This document shows positions 1 through 8,295 of a DNA stretch of 63,651 bases, piece after piece. Position numbers and translations under genes: made by a program. Position 1 is the stretch's first letter. Each line of letters starts with the position of its first letter. The notes beneath the pieces are model-generated. The model saw only the letters and a program-made list of their open reading frames with translations. It ran no database searches and was not told where the DNA came from. This DNA comes from a virus (taxonomy: Duplodnaviria > Caudoviricetes): positions 1 to 63,651 of the IMG/VR virus record IMGVR_UViG_3300037467_001235; one strand, 5' to 3'.

Positions 1-1793
1 GGGAAACCGGGCGCGTTCACCGCGCACGCCGCGATCAGCTCCGGGTGGCCGGCGACCCGCTCCCAATGCCCTGAATGTGGTGTGCCGAGGGCCTGTTTCA
101 CCATGACGGGGTCGGCGGCCGGGTTGATCGCCCCCGATACCCAGATGCCGTGCTCATCTTCGCCCGCGCGCACCAACGCCCAGCAGGTGCCCACGTTGTC
201 GTAGTGCTCGATCGCCGCGCGCATTCCCTTGCCGGCGGGGCCGTGGCCTCCGCCGACCGTGAGCCGTCCGACGCGTAACCGGTCGCCGTCTTCGAGTTTC
301 ACGCTGGACTGGTGGAACTCGGCGTAACCCGAGTGTGACCGGTAGGGGGTGACGCAGCGGTCCCGGAATCCGGTGTGGCAGGTGTCCCACGCCGCCAAAT
401 GTCCTACGACTCGGCCGTCGTCGGTGACGTGGATGGGGGTGGGTTCGTCCAGGAGCGGGTTGTCGAAGAACTCCGCCGGGAAGGTGTCTTCGTCTACCGC
501 GGCGGCGGAGGCGACCATTGTGAAGTCGTCTACCGCGTCGCCGAGGATCATGTGGGCGTCGCGGAATTCCGGCACCGATACCAGCGTGGCGGCGACGATC
601 TCGGCCACGTCGATGCGAGACACGATCGCGGCGCCGTCCATCACCATCTGTTCCGCTGTGTCCAGGGTGACGGGGTTGCCGGCCGAATCGGTGAGAACTT
701 CCATCCGGCCCACCAGTTCGACACTGGGGCGACTCACTCCGGCCTCGATCTGCTGTATCGCTTCGGCAGCTTCGGGACTGTCGAGCATAGTGCCCGTGCC
801 CCACACAGCACCGTCGCGCAGCTCGACCGTTTCGAGGACACCGACCGTGTATGCGCCGTCGTGGCCGGGGTCAGCGGTCTTCTGCCACTTCATCGCCAGC
901 GGTAGGGCGGTGTCGACCAGCTGCACGTTGCCGGCGAGCATCCAGCCCTGACTGCGTCCGGGTACACCGGTCGGGATGATCATGGCTTCGAATGTTCTGC
1001 CAGCCATCGGTTTTCCTTCCATCGGCGCGGTGCTGGCCGCGATAGCGTCATTCTCGAGGGATTCGTCAGGACTGTCCAGGATGACTACGACACACCTGCA
1101 GTTGATTACTTCCTCCGGCGGCCCGAGGCGGTCGCCAGGGAATCGGAGCGAGAACCCGCCGACCACGAAGTCCGCGGCGAGCGGAACGCGCTGGCGGTCG
1201 GCGTGCCGGTGGGATGCGCGAGTGTGGCTGTCGTGGAGGCTGATCCACATCTTGTCCAGCGCCTTGCCGGTATCGCGCGATTCGAGCTCGGCACGCGCGA
1301 GCTTCGCTGCGTTGTACAGCGACACACCGTGAGTGCGGCCGATCTCGCTGGCATCGCCCCGCCACGAATCCACGAACGACAGGGCCCGAGCGGCGGCTTC
1401 GCGCGCCTTGTCCAGCGCCTGCCCAACGGTCTCACGTAGCGACGCCTCCACCTTTTTCCGCGCGCGGCCGGGCACACCGAGCAGTCCAGACCGTACGGAG
1501 GCGAGGGTGCGGGACTTCCACTCCCCGAGACGTTCCCGGTCGTCTCCAAGGAGCCGGTCCACGATCGCGCCGAGCTTCGGCAGGAACCCGTTGTCCAACT
1601 GCTGTTCCCACGCCGCCGCGGTACGAGTGATCGCGTCGGGGTCGGGTGGGATGATCGCCGCCGCCGTATACACGGGGAGAGCGGCATCGGTGGCAGCCTT
1701 CAACCAGGTCCGGAGTGCGGTTTCGGCGAGGGCTTCGATTTCGCGTTCGAGGGCGAGGACTTCGACCAGGGCGGCCCGCTGCTCTTGCCTCAT
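1..1793 (-). CDS. MuF-like minor head protein fused to capsid maturation protease (runs off window start; C-terminus at window end)
   Basis: Hand translation from ATG 1793 (MRQEQRAAL...) is open to base 1. It has MuF motifs KMWISLHDSHTRASH and FPGD..GPPEEVINCRC, then a protease-like region ending VNAPGFP. A possible internal start at 1007 follows GGAAGGA. Absent from the ORF track because it has no stop in the window. Confidence 0.85.
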   Translation of the reverse strand, partial: MRQEQRAALVEVLALEREIEALAETALRTWLKAATDAALPVYTAAAIIPPDPDAITRTAAAWEQQLDNGFLPKLGAIVDRLLGDDRERLGEWKSRTLASVRSGLLGVPGRARKKVEASLRETVGQALDKAREAAARALSFVDSWRGDASEIGRTHGVSLYNAAKLARAELESRDTGKALDKMWISLHDSHTRASHRHADRQRVPLAADFVVGGFSLRFPGDRLGPPEEVINCRCVVVILDSPDESLENDAIAASTAPMEGKPMAGRTFEAMIIPTGVPGRSQGWMLAGNVQLVDTALPLAMKWQKTADPGHDGAYTVGVLETVELRDGAVWGTGTMLDSPEAAEAIQQIEAGVSRPSVELVGRMEVLTDSAGNPVTLDTAEQMVMDGAAIVSRIDVAEIVAATLVSVPEFRDAHMILGDAVDDFTMVASAAAVDEDTFPAEFFDNPLLDEPTPIHVTDDGRVVGHLAAWDTCHTGFRDRCVTPYRSHSGYAEFHQSSVKLEDGDRLRVGRLTVGGGHGPAGKGMRAAIEHYDNVGTCWALVRAGEDEHGIWVSGAINPAADPVMVKQALGTPHSGHWERVAGHPELIAACAVNAPGF

Positions 1794-3616
1794 CGGCCCA
1801 GCCACATCGGTCGAGTGCCGGTAGTGAGCGAGTTACGGCATACCGCGGCTACTACGGCCCGTACCTGCTCGCGCGACATCTGAGCTTCCGCGCATGTTTC
1901 GTCGTCCAGGATCTCGTCCCAGCCTTCGATCAGCCGGTCCACGTCGGAGGCGGGGCAGGGGCCGAGGTGGTTGTGGAGGTGGGTGTCTTTCGCGGGGACG
2001 TCCCGCAGGCGGGCATGGTCTGATCGGCCGCGGCGGCGTTTGCCCGCGAGTTTCAGCCCCTCGTTCACCAATGTCCGGATCACCGGCGCGGCGGAAGCGG
2101 TGAGCGCGTCCTGAGTGTTCGGCGTGCCGCGCGGGTCCGGCGCCGGTTCGATCGCAGGCGGCGCCGGCGGGGGAGTGGGGAGCGCGATCTCGGGCAGCGC
2201 CAGCGACGGTTGGAGGACCCGCAGCACCGGCAACAGTGTCGGGATGAGGGTGGGGTCTTTGCGCAGCTGGTCCTGGAGGTATTTCACCCATCCGTCGCGG
2301 GTGTTGAGGTCGTAGCCGTCGTTCTCCACCGACAGGCCGAGTTCCCGCACATACGGTTCGGACGACAACGCCCCATCGAGGTAGCCCTGCCGCACCTTCT
2401 CGATCTGGTCGGGTTCTGCTTCGACATCGCTGGTGTCGTACCAGATCACCACATCCAGGTCGGGCAGCAGCGGGCGCAGTAGTTCGGTGGTGAGGGCGGC
2501 GCAGATGACTTCCATCTCTGGGGCGGCGTGCCACCGGACCGCTTCCTCTTCCACACCCCACAGCGACCAATGGTTGAGGTCGGCGAGGCCGAGGAGCACT
2601 TCGGGCGGCATGTCGAGAGTCATCGCGAGGCGGCCGACCGCTTTCTCTCGCGCGGCCTGCGCCTTATCCGACACCTCGGAGTCGAACTTGATGTGCTTGA
2701 TCTTGTCGACATGATCGCCGGGCACCTGGATCATGATTGGCACCAGTGCTGCGGCTGATGTGTGGTCGGCGATTGCGGTCGACATGGCCTCCTGCAACTG
2801 CATCCGCAGTTCATCGGCGGTGACGAACACATTCGGCGCAGGCCCCGAAGGAAGGCTAGGCGCGTCCGGGTCAGTGGCGCCGGTGGGGGCGGGCCGTGCG
2901 GACATCGAGATTTCGTTGGGCAGCACCAGCATCCCGTTGCCCGCCTGCCGTGACTTGCCAGCCGCTTCAATGTTCTGCGACATGCGCACGATCTCCCGCA
3001 GAATCGGGAGTGCCGCTTTCACGGGGGACCAGGCAAGCCAGGAGCGGCGCGGGTCGGGCCGCCAAATCCGGGAGATAGTGTCGACTTCCGGAACCATGAG
3101 GTATTTGGTGCCGTCCTGCAACGTGAGTTCCACGGTTTCGCCGCGGGCCTTCACCTCATCGTTGGACAGGATGTGCCACTGCTCCTCACCATCCGGGTAG
3201 ATGATCACCAACCAGCCTTCGCCGGGGATCATCAGCAGCGGGGCCAGTTTCGACAGCATCTGTGACTGCCCGGTAGCACCGCCCGCGATACGGCGCACGA
3301 TCTCCTGCGCGAGCGCGTTATCGGTGGTGCCGGTGGGTTTCCCTGTGTCGGGGTCGATGTCGGAGGCGACCAGCCGGAACCGGCTGAGGAGCGCGGTCTT
3401 CCACAGCAGCGCGAACGACAGCTCACCGACGAGGTCGAGCATCGACCAGGCTTCGTCCTGCCATTTCCCGGCGTCCCCGGATTGGGGTTTGACGATCTTT
3501 CCCCACTTCGCTGGCGGGACAGCGACCGCTGCGGCGGTGAGCGCGGACAGTCCGGTATCCACCTGCGGCTCGGTGGTGTCCGCGGTGGGCTTGCTGCGCC
3601 GCCAAATCATGCTCAT
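1790..3616 (-). CDS. portal protein
   Basis: 608 aa, directly upstream of MuF/protease; motifs RIWRPDPRR, RLAMTLDMPPEVLLG, NHWSLW typical of actinophage portals. Confidence 0.9.
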   Translation of the reverse strand: MSMIWRRSKPTADTTEPQVDTGLSALTAAAVAVPPAKWGKIVKPQSGDAGKWQDEAWSMLDLVGELSFALLWKTALLSRFRLVASDIDPDTGKPTGTTDNALAQEIVRRIAGGATGQSQMLSKLAPLLMIPGEGWLVIIYPDGEEQWHILSNDEVKARGETVELTLQDGTKYLMVPEVDTISRIWRPDPRRSWLAWSPVKAALPILREIVRMSQNIEAAGKSRQAGNGMLVLPNEISMSARPAPTGATDPDAPSLPSGPAPNVFVTADELRMQLQEAMSTAIADHTSAAALVPIMIQVPGDHVDKIKHIKFDSEVSDKAQAAREKAVGRLAMTLDMPPEVLLGLADLNHWSLWGVEEEAVRWHAAPEMEVICAALTTELLRPLLPDLDVVIWYDTSDVEAEPDQIEKVRQGYLDGALSSEPYVRELGLSVENDGYDLNTRDGWVKYLQDQLRKDPTLIPTLLPVLRVLQPSLALPEIALPTPPPAPPAIEPAPDPRGTPNTQDALTASAAPVIRTLVNEGLKLAGKRRRGRSDHARLRDVPAKDTHLHNHLGPCPASDVDRLIEGWDEILDDETCAEAQMSREQVRAVVAAVCRNSLTTGTRPMWLGR

Positions 3617-3624
3617 CGAGCGGC

Positions 3625-3645
3625 AAGCTAGTCATCGGGGGTGCA
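3625..3645 (-). promoter_or_regulatory. late-promoter motif TGCACCCC-N7-TAGCTT (portal)
   Basis: One of 10 copies with fixed 7-nt spacing; -10 is 8 nt from ATG 3616. Confidence 0.75.
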
Positions 3646-3663
3646 ACCGGCCTGGACGTGAGA

Positions 3664-3697
3664 ATGCCCCACTCCCAGGGGGTGAAGAGTGGGGCAT
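3664..3697. terminator. stem-loop/terminator
   Basis: ATGCCCCACTC...GAGTGGGGCAT, 11-bp inverted repeat downstream of 3725..4087. Confidence 0.6.
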
Positions 3698-3724
3698 CTA
3701 CCCGCACAGCGGGCGACCACGCCG

Positions 3725-4087
3725 CTACGGTAGCGGATTCTCGATGGAGGTCTCGGGGGTTTCGGCGAGCAACGCCCGATATCCGTGTGGACGCTCATAG
3801 GTTGTGTCGGTCGCGAGGTCGTGGATATCCACGAGGTCCCCGAGGTCGGGTGGAATACGTCCCCGCAGGTGGGTGATGTCGGGGATGACGACGAGTTCGA
3901 TCTTGTGGGTGAGGATGTGATCTATCAACGCCTCCGGCTGGTGCAGGGTTGAGGACCTGGTGAGACCGATGTAGTTGTAGCCCAGCCGGGCCGCGATCTG
4001 CACGCCCTGCCGGTTGAACCCGGTCAGGGTTTGCATCAGGTCCACGCACACGTATCCGATTGCGCGGGGCGGCGGCTCAACATCCAC
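3725..4087 (-). CDS. hypothetical protein, resolvase-catalytic-fold-like
   Basis: AIGYVCVD...AARLGYNY...VVIPDITHL pattern; no obvious catalytic Ser. Confidence 0.65.
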   Translation of the reverse strand: MDVEPPPRAIGYVCVDLMQTLTGFNRQGVQIAARLGYNYIGLTRSSTLHQPEALIDHILTHKIELVVIPDITHLRGRIPPDLGDLVDIHDLATDTTYERPHGYRALLAETPETSIENPLP

Positions 4088-4229
4088 GGTTATCTCCCTC
4101 AGCTTCGGCTTCGACCCGTTCCCGGATTCCTTCGACGCTTCGATCCTTCGGAATGCGCTGCGGCCACAACACCATCGCCGCGACGAATACGGCGGTGGCG
4201 ATGAAACACACGATCAGGAATGCGGTCAC
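4077..4229 (-). CDS. 50-aa small membrane/secreted protein
   Basis: AGGAGGAG RBS, GTG start; MTAFLIVCFIATAVFVAAMVLWPQRIPKDRSVEGIRERVEAEAEGDNRGC; overlaps the next start. Confidence 0.75.
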   Translation of the reverse strand: MTAFLIVCFIATAVFVAAMVLWPQRIPKDRSVEGIRERVEAEAEGDNRGC

Positions 4230-4372
4230 GGACTCCTCCTATGGTTCGCGCCCGCCGCCGAGGTCTGCGGCGCTCGGCGGCGGGGCGTGACTTGACATTG
4301 CCGCACCCCAAGCGCGTGAAGTACCAAACTTTTTCGCACTTTTCGCACCCCGGAAGGAGTTCAATAGGTGGG

Positions 4373-5590
4373 GTGAAAGGACACCGAGGCAGCACAGATG
4401 GAGTCGGGCCGCGCGTCGCGCAGATGCGGAAACTCGGTGGGCTAACCCAGAAACAGCTAGCCCTACGCGCCAACATCTCGGTCGGGCTGATCCGATCCGT
4501 CGAACAGGGCCGCGCCCCCGCCACCCCAGCGTTCCTCGGCGCCGTGTCGAAAGCGTTGCGGGTCAGCGTCCCCGACCTCACCGGCCAGCCCTACACCCCA
4601 GCACCAGGACAGGACAGCGAAGTGCACGCCGCTATCGCGGTCCTGCGCACAGAGATGGCCGCCTACGACCTCGACAACACCAGCATCACCGAACCGCGGC
4701 CCCTGCAACAGATCAGCGCCGGCGTGGCCCGTATCTGCCGGTACCGGCGCAATGCGTCGTTTCACCGGTTGGGGGAGGAGCTGCCGTCGCTGCTCGGCGA
4801 GGTCCGCGCCATCGTTCACCGCACCCGCGGCGATGTGCGGGACCGGGCGCTGGTGATGTTGTGCGAGCTGTACTACTCGGCGCACAGCCTCGCCCACAAA
4901 CTCGGGTACGCGGATCTCGCGGCTCTCGCGGTCGATCGACTGGCCTGGGCAGCACGAGAATCCGGTGACCAACTGTGGACAGCGACAGCACAGTTTCAGC
5001 GGGCAGCGTTGCTCACCTCCGGCGGCGATTGGACGGCAGCGCTCGACTTCCTCGAACGCTGCCGCAGCGACATCGAACCACGCCTCGCGGTCGGCCGCCG
5101 CGCCGACCTGATCTCTTGGGGTGGACTGCATCTGCAATCCGGGCTGGCAGCTTCACGCGCCGGAAACCGAAGCCTCGCAGACGCACACCTGGAGGAGGCT
5201 CGGGTCACCGCGGCGCGGGTGGGTGATGACCGGGATCAGGTGTTGTCGTTCGGGCCGACGAACGTCGATATCTGGTCGGTCGCGTTGGCGGTCGAGGCGA
5301 TGGACGGCACGGAGGCGTTGAACCGTGCCCGCACGATGGTGATTCCGGCGGACGCGCCGAAAGAACGCGCCGGCCACCACTTCATCGACCTGTCCCGCGC
5401 TTATCTCCTGCATGGGGATCGGCGGCACGCGTTCGGGTCGTTGCAGACGGCGAAAGCGATAGCGCCAGCACAAACCCGCTACAACCCGATGGTGCATGAG
5501 ACGGTGCGCGCGTTGGCGCGGGCCGAGGCTCGCAGTGTGGACACCGTGCACGGGTTCGCCGTGTGGTGCGGTATCGCCGACCGCCTCTAA
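4373..5590 (+). CDS. XRE-family HTH regulator with C-terminal TPR-like helical domain
   Basis: N-terminal GLTQKQLALRANISVGLIRSVEQG HTH plus ~330-aa helical region; start uncertain (GTG 4373). Confidence 0.85.
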   Translation: MKGHRGSTDGVGPRVAQMRKLGGLTQKQLALRANISVGLIRSVEQGRAPATPAFLGAVSKALRVSVPDLTGQPYTPAPGQDSEVHAAIAVLRTEMAAYDLDNTSITEPRPLQQISAGVARICRYRRNASFHRLGEELPSLLGEVRAIVHRTRGDVRDRALVMLCELYYSAHSLAHKLGYADLAALAVDRLAWAARESGDQLWTATAQFQRAALLTSGGDWTAALDFLERCRSDIEPRLAVGRRADLISWGGLHLQSGLAASRAGNRSLADAHLEEARVTAARVGDDRDQVLSFGPTNVDIWSVALAVEAMDGTEALNRARTMVIPADAPKERAGHHFIDLSRAYLLHGDRRHAFGSLQTAKAIAPAQTRYNPMVHETVRALARAEARSVDTVHGFAVWCGIADRL

Positions 5591-5592
5591 TT

Positions 5593-5895
5593 TCAGAGCC
5601 CCTTCACGACTGTGGGGGTGAGGAATTCGACGCGGAACGACTCCACGTACTGGCCGCGTTGCTCCAGGAAATACCTGGTGTGGGGTTGCTGCTCATGCTC
5701 ATCGAACGCCGCCCGGTCCCGGTACACCTCGTAGAAGATGCGCGCCAACGGTTCATCGGTGACGGCGTGGGTGGCGTAGACGAGGGTGCCGGGTTCATGG
5801 TCAGTGATCTGGCGGACCGTGTCGGCCACGAGCGCATCGAACGCGGCGGCTTTCTCCTCGGATTCCAGGTTGAACCGTACGACCAGCGCGAACAT
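5593..5895 (-). CDS. antibiotic-biosynthesis-monooxygenase (ABM) family protein
   Basis: 100 aa; EPGTLVYATH...FYEVYRDRAAFDEHEQQPH motif. Confidence 0.85.
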   Translation of the reverse strand: MFALVVRFNLESEEKAAAFDALVADTVRQITDHEPGTLVYATHAVTDEPLARIFYEVYRDRAAFDEHEQQPHTRYFLEQRGQYVESFRVEFLTPTVVKGL

Positions 5896-5966
5896 TGGTC
5901 CCCTTCGAATGACCCTGCGGTGATGGACGGTTCGGAGGGTAACCCGTCAGCGCTGGCGGTGCGCGG

Positions 5967-6167
5967 CTACTGGCCGGTAGCGGTGAGCTCCACTGCGGTG
6001 TCTCGGCGGGCGTCGTTGAGGATGTCGGTAGCTTCACGGATCGCGGCCGACAACTGCCGCAACCGCCACGACGGGATGGGACGCCCTGTGCGCGCGGCCT
6101 TCTGCAGTTCGAGTGCAACGCCGCCCAGGGACCTGGCTGCCTGGCCCGCGGGCGTCATATCGGCCAT
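5967..6167 (-). CDS. hypothetical protein (66 aa)
   Basis: ORF MADMTPAGQ...; fits gene packing. Confidence 0.5.
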   Translation of the reverse strand: MADMTPAGQAARSLGGVALELQKAARTGRPIPSWRLRQLSAAIREATDILNDARRDTAVELTATGQ

Positions 6168-6201
6168 ATGGGTGATATAGCACGAGGCACCGACAAACGT
6201 T

Positions 6202-6235
6202 ACGAGCCCCACCCAGAATGTTGGGTGGGGCTCGT
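6202..6235. terminator. stem-loop/terminator
   Basis: ACGAGCCCCACCCA / TGGGTGGGGCTCGT perfect 14-bp inverted repeat. Confidence 0.75.
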
Positions 6236-6278
6236 CGGTTGGTGCACGTTGGGAAGGGTGCCCGGTCAGTGTGTCTGC

Positions 6279-6806
6279 TCAGGCGGGAAGCTCATTCAGC
6301 ATGTACTGATCCCCCGACTCTGATGGCACGGTCTTAACTGCCTCACTGGTGCAGGCGCCGGCCCCGAGGGCCCATGTCACCAAATCCACCATCTGCTGTG
6401 CGTGGGCACGGCAGGACACCTCGACAGTGACAACACGGCGCGCGACTCCGGGCATGGACAGGGGCGGGTCGTAGAGGTCGACAGACCAGGGTTCGTAGTC
6501 GCTGTCGTGGAAGAACGGTCCGGCGAGAAAGTAGCCGTCCGCGGTTTTGCAGGTGCGGCCCATGACCTGGACGAGGGGGTTTATGGGCGCGCCCTGGATG
6601 ACGTCGTGGGGGTCGATGTCGCCGAGCAGGCGCCGGTAGTTGGCTGCGGCGTCCTCGTATGCCTGATAGGCGGCCTGGTAGCGGTCGTTCCATTCCTCCC
6701 ACGCCTGTTCGCCGGTGGGTTCGTCGTGGAGGTAGGACAGCATGTCGGCGTCGGCGTTGGCTACGGCCTTGGCGGCGGCTACCTGTTCGGGGGTGTAGAT
6801 GATCAT
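6279..6806 (-). CDS. hypothetical protein
   Basis: MIIYTPEQV..., start defined by leader motif with AGGAG. Confidence 0.75.
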   Translation of the reverse strand: MIIYTPEQVAAAKAVANADADMLSYLHDEPTGEQAWEEWNDRYQAAYQAYEDAAANYRRLLGDIDPHDVIQGAPINPLVQVMGRTCKTADGYFLAGPFFHDSDYEPWSVDLYDPPLSMPGVARRVVTVEVSCRAHAQQMVDLVTWALGAGACTSEAVKTVPSESGDQYMLNELPA

Positions 6807-6846
6807 GTCCAGCTCCTCTGGATAGGTGCCAGCTTGTTCTGGCGAT
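6804..6846 (-). promoter_or_regulatory. double-hairpin leader motif copy A
   Basis: ATC GCCAG-AACAAG-CTGGC ACCTA TCCAG-AGGAG-CTGGA C ATG. Confidence 0.8.
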
Positions 6847-6856
6847 GAATGGGGGG

Positions 6857-7240
6857 TTATACGGCCTGGTAGACGACGGCCGCCAGATGTTCGGCCATGA
6901 CATGCATCAGCGCGCCGAGGGTAGATTCGGATTCGGTGGGCATGGCGCCGTGAACGGCGGCGCCGCACGAGCAATCGACCAACACGGTGCCGTCGTCGGC
7001 CTGAGTGACGGTCTCGGCGACATGCTCCCGCAGGAGCCCGGCGAGTTCGGCGGGGGTGGACATGTTCAGCTCCTCGGTTATCGGGTGTGGAGTCCGGCGG
7101 GTGAGCATTCGGGCCTTGCGCTGCTCGCTGGTGGGTTCGATCCAGGTGTGCCATCCGGCGTCTGGGTGCCAGCGTTGCAAGTGCTCCTCGCGGTCCACCT
7201 CGCAGTGTCGGCAGCTGTTCGGATTCGGCGTGTCGGTCAC
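6857..7240 (-). CDS. hypothetical protein
   Basis: 127-aa ORF, CxxC N-terminus; possible internal start at MSTPAEL with GAGGAG. Confidence 0.65.
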   Translation of the reverse strand: MTDTPNPNSCRHCEVDREEHLQRWHPDAGWHTWIEPTSEQRKARMLTRRTPHPITEELNMSTPAELAGLLREHVAETVTQADDGTVLVDCSCGAAVHGAMPTESESTLGALMHVMAEHLAAVVYQAV

Positions 7241-7250
7241 GGTGAGTCTC

Positions 7251-7493
7251 CTATCGGTTGAGTCCGGCGGCGCGGCGCCACCACGACAGGTGGATGGCGC
7301 GCTTCGGCCAGATCAGCGACCGCAGAACCACAGCCGACCACAACAGGATTGTGGCGAGGGCGGGGTGGGCGTGGCTGGCGGCAGCGACTTCGGGGTCGGT
7401 GTCCTGGATGTAGTGCAGCTCGGGGGCGAGCATGGAAGCGTTCACCCCGTACCCGCACAGGTAGACGGCGAGGGCAGCCCAGAGTGGTGTCAT
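7251..7493 (-). CDS. small membrane protein
   Basis: Two hydrophobic segments; GAGGA RBS. Confidence 0.65.
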   Translation of the reverse strand: MTPLWAALAVYLCGYGVNASMLAPELHYIQDTDPEVAAASHAHPALATILLWSAVVLRSLIWPKRAIHLSWWRRAAGLNR

Positions 7494-7495
7494 GG

Positions 7496-7669
7496 TCAGT
7501 CCTCGAAGTGCTCGCCGGTGACGAGCCCGTTCAAGCGCTCACGGGACATTCGAAGGCCCGCGTAAGCGAATCGGCGTGTCGCATCGTCGTTGGCCCGGTC
7601 GATCATGCGGTGCCAGTCGGCGATGTCGGCGCGCTGCTCGGTGATCATGTTGGCGAGTGCCTGCTCCAT
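7496..7669 (-). CDS. hypothetical protein (57 aa)
   Basis: MEQALANM..., start follows leader motif. Confidence 0.7.
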   Translation of the reverse strand: MEQALANMITEQRADIADWHRMIDRANDDATRRFAYAGLRMSRERLNGLVTGEHFED

Positions 7670-7744
7670 GGTTCCGGCCTTCCGGTTGGTGCCAGCTGAT
7701 CTGGCGATGCAGTCGACTATACCAGCGACCGACTGTATAGACAA
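7667..7744 (-). promoter_or_regulatory. promoter plus double-hairpin leader copy B
   Basis: TTGTCT-17-TATAGT, then ATC GCCAG-ATCAG-CTGGC ACCAA CCGG-AAGG-CCGG AACC ATG. Confidence 0.85.
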
Positions 7745-7762
7745 GCCTGCTAGCGCGCCTAG

Positions 7763-8074
7763 CTAGCTTTCCGAATCCCAACGCCCCAACACACCAACCA
7801 GATACGAACCTGCCGGCCACAAACCGAACCCGAACCACCACGGCAGATGCGCCACCAACGCGGTCGGGAACGCGAGGGCCGCGCACACCCACCAGCCGAA
7901 ACACCAGGGGCAGTGGACCAGGAAGGTGACCATGGAGCCGGGCCCGTACTGGCGTATAGCGGCGTTGCGGATCGGGTCACCGATCTTGTCCACCACCACG
8001 ATCCGGGTCAGTCGGGCGGCAGCGAGCACGTAGACGGCGAGGGTGAGCAGGGTTGCGAGAGTGCTGTGTGGCAT
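7763..8074 (-). CDS. membrane protein, DUF1360-like
   Basis: ARLTRIVVVDKI...LVHCPWCFGWW signature; 3 hydrophobic segments. Confidence 0.75.
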   Translation of the reverse strand: MPHSTLATLLTLAVYVLAAARLTRIVVVDKIGDPIRNAAIRQYGPGSMVTFLVHCPWCFGWWVCAALAFPTALVAHLPWWFGFGLWPAGSYLVGVLGRWDSES

Positions 8075-8082
8075 GGCCCGGC

Positions 8083-8103
8083 ACGGTATGTACTGGGGAT
8101 GCA
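8083..8103 (-). promoter_or_regulatory. late-promoter motif TGCATCCC-N7-TACCGT
   Basis: -10 is 8 nt upstream of ATG 8074. Confidence 0.7.
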
Positions 8104-8149
8104 GGATCATTCGGCTCCACCGCTATCGGCCGCGCCCTATCCTCGATTG

Positions 8150-8290
8150 ATGGAACCCACCCGGGACGACATGGATGACATCTACCTGCCCGATGGGCGG
8201 TTGAATCCTGAGTACACGCGCGGCGGCCCACCATCCGAGGAAGAGATGGAGGCGTTGGCGAAGCGTCGGCCTGTCTCCCGCGAGGAGTAG
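8150..8290 (+). CDS. small acidic protein (46 aa), antisense to its neighbours
   Basis: MEPTRDDMDDIYLPDGRLNPEY...; TATCCT 6 nt upstream suggests a leaderless start; fills the gap after terL. Confidence 0.5.
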   Translation: MEPTRDDMDDIYLPDGRLNPEYTRGGPPSEEEMEALAKRRPVSREE

Positions 8291-8295
8291 CCGCC

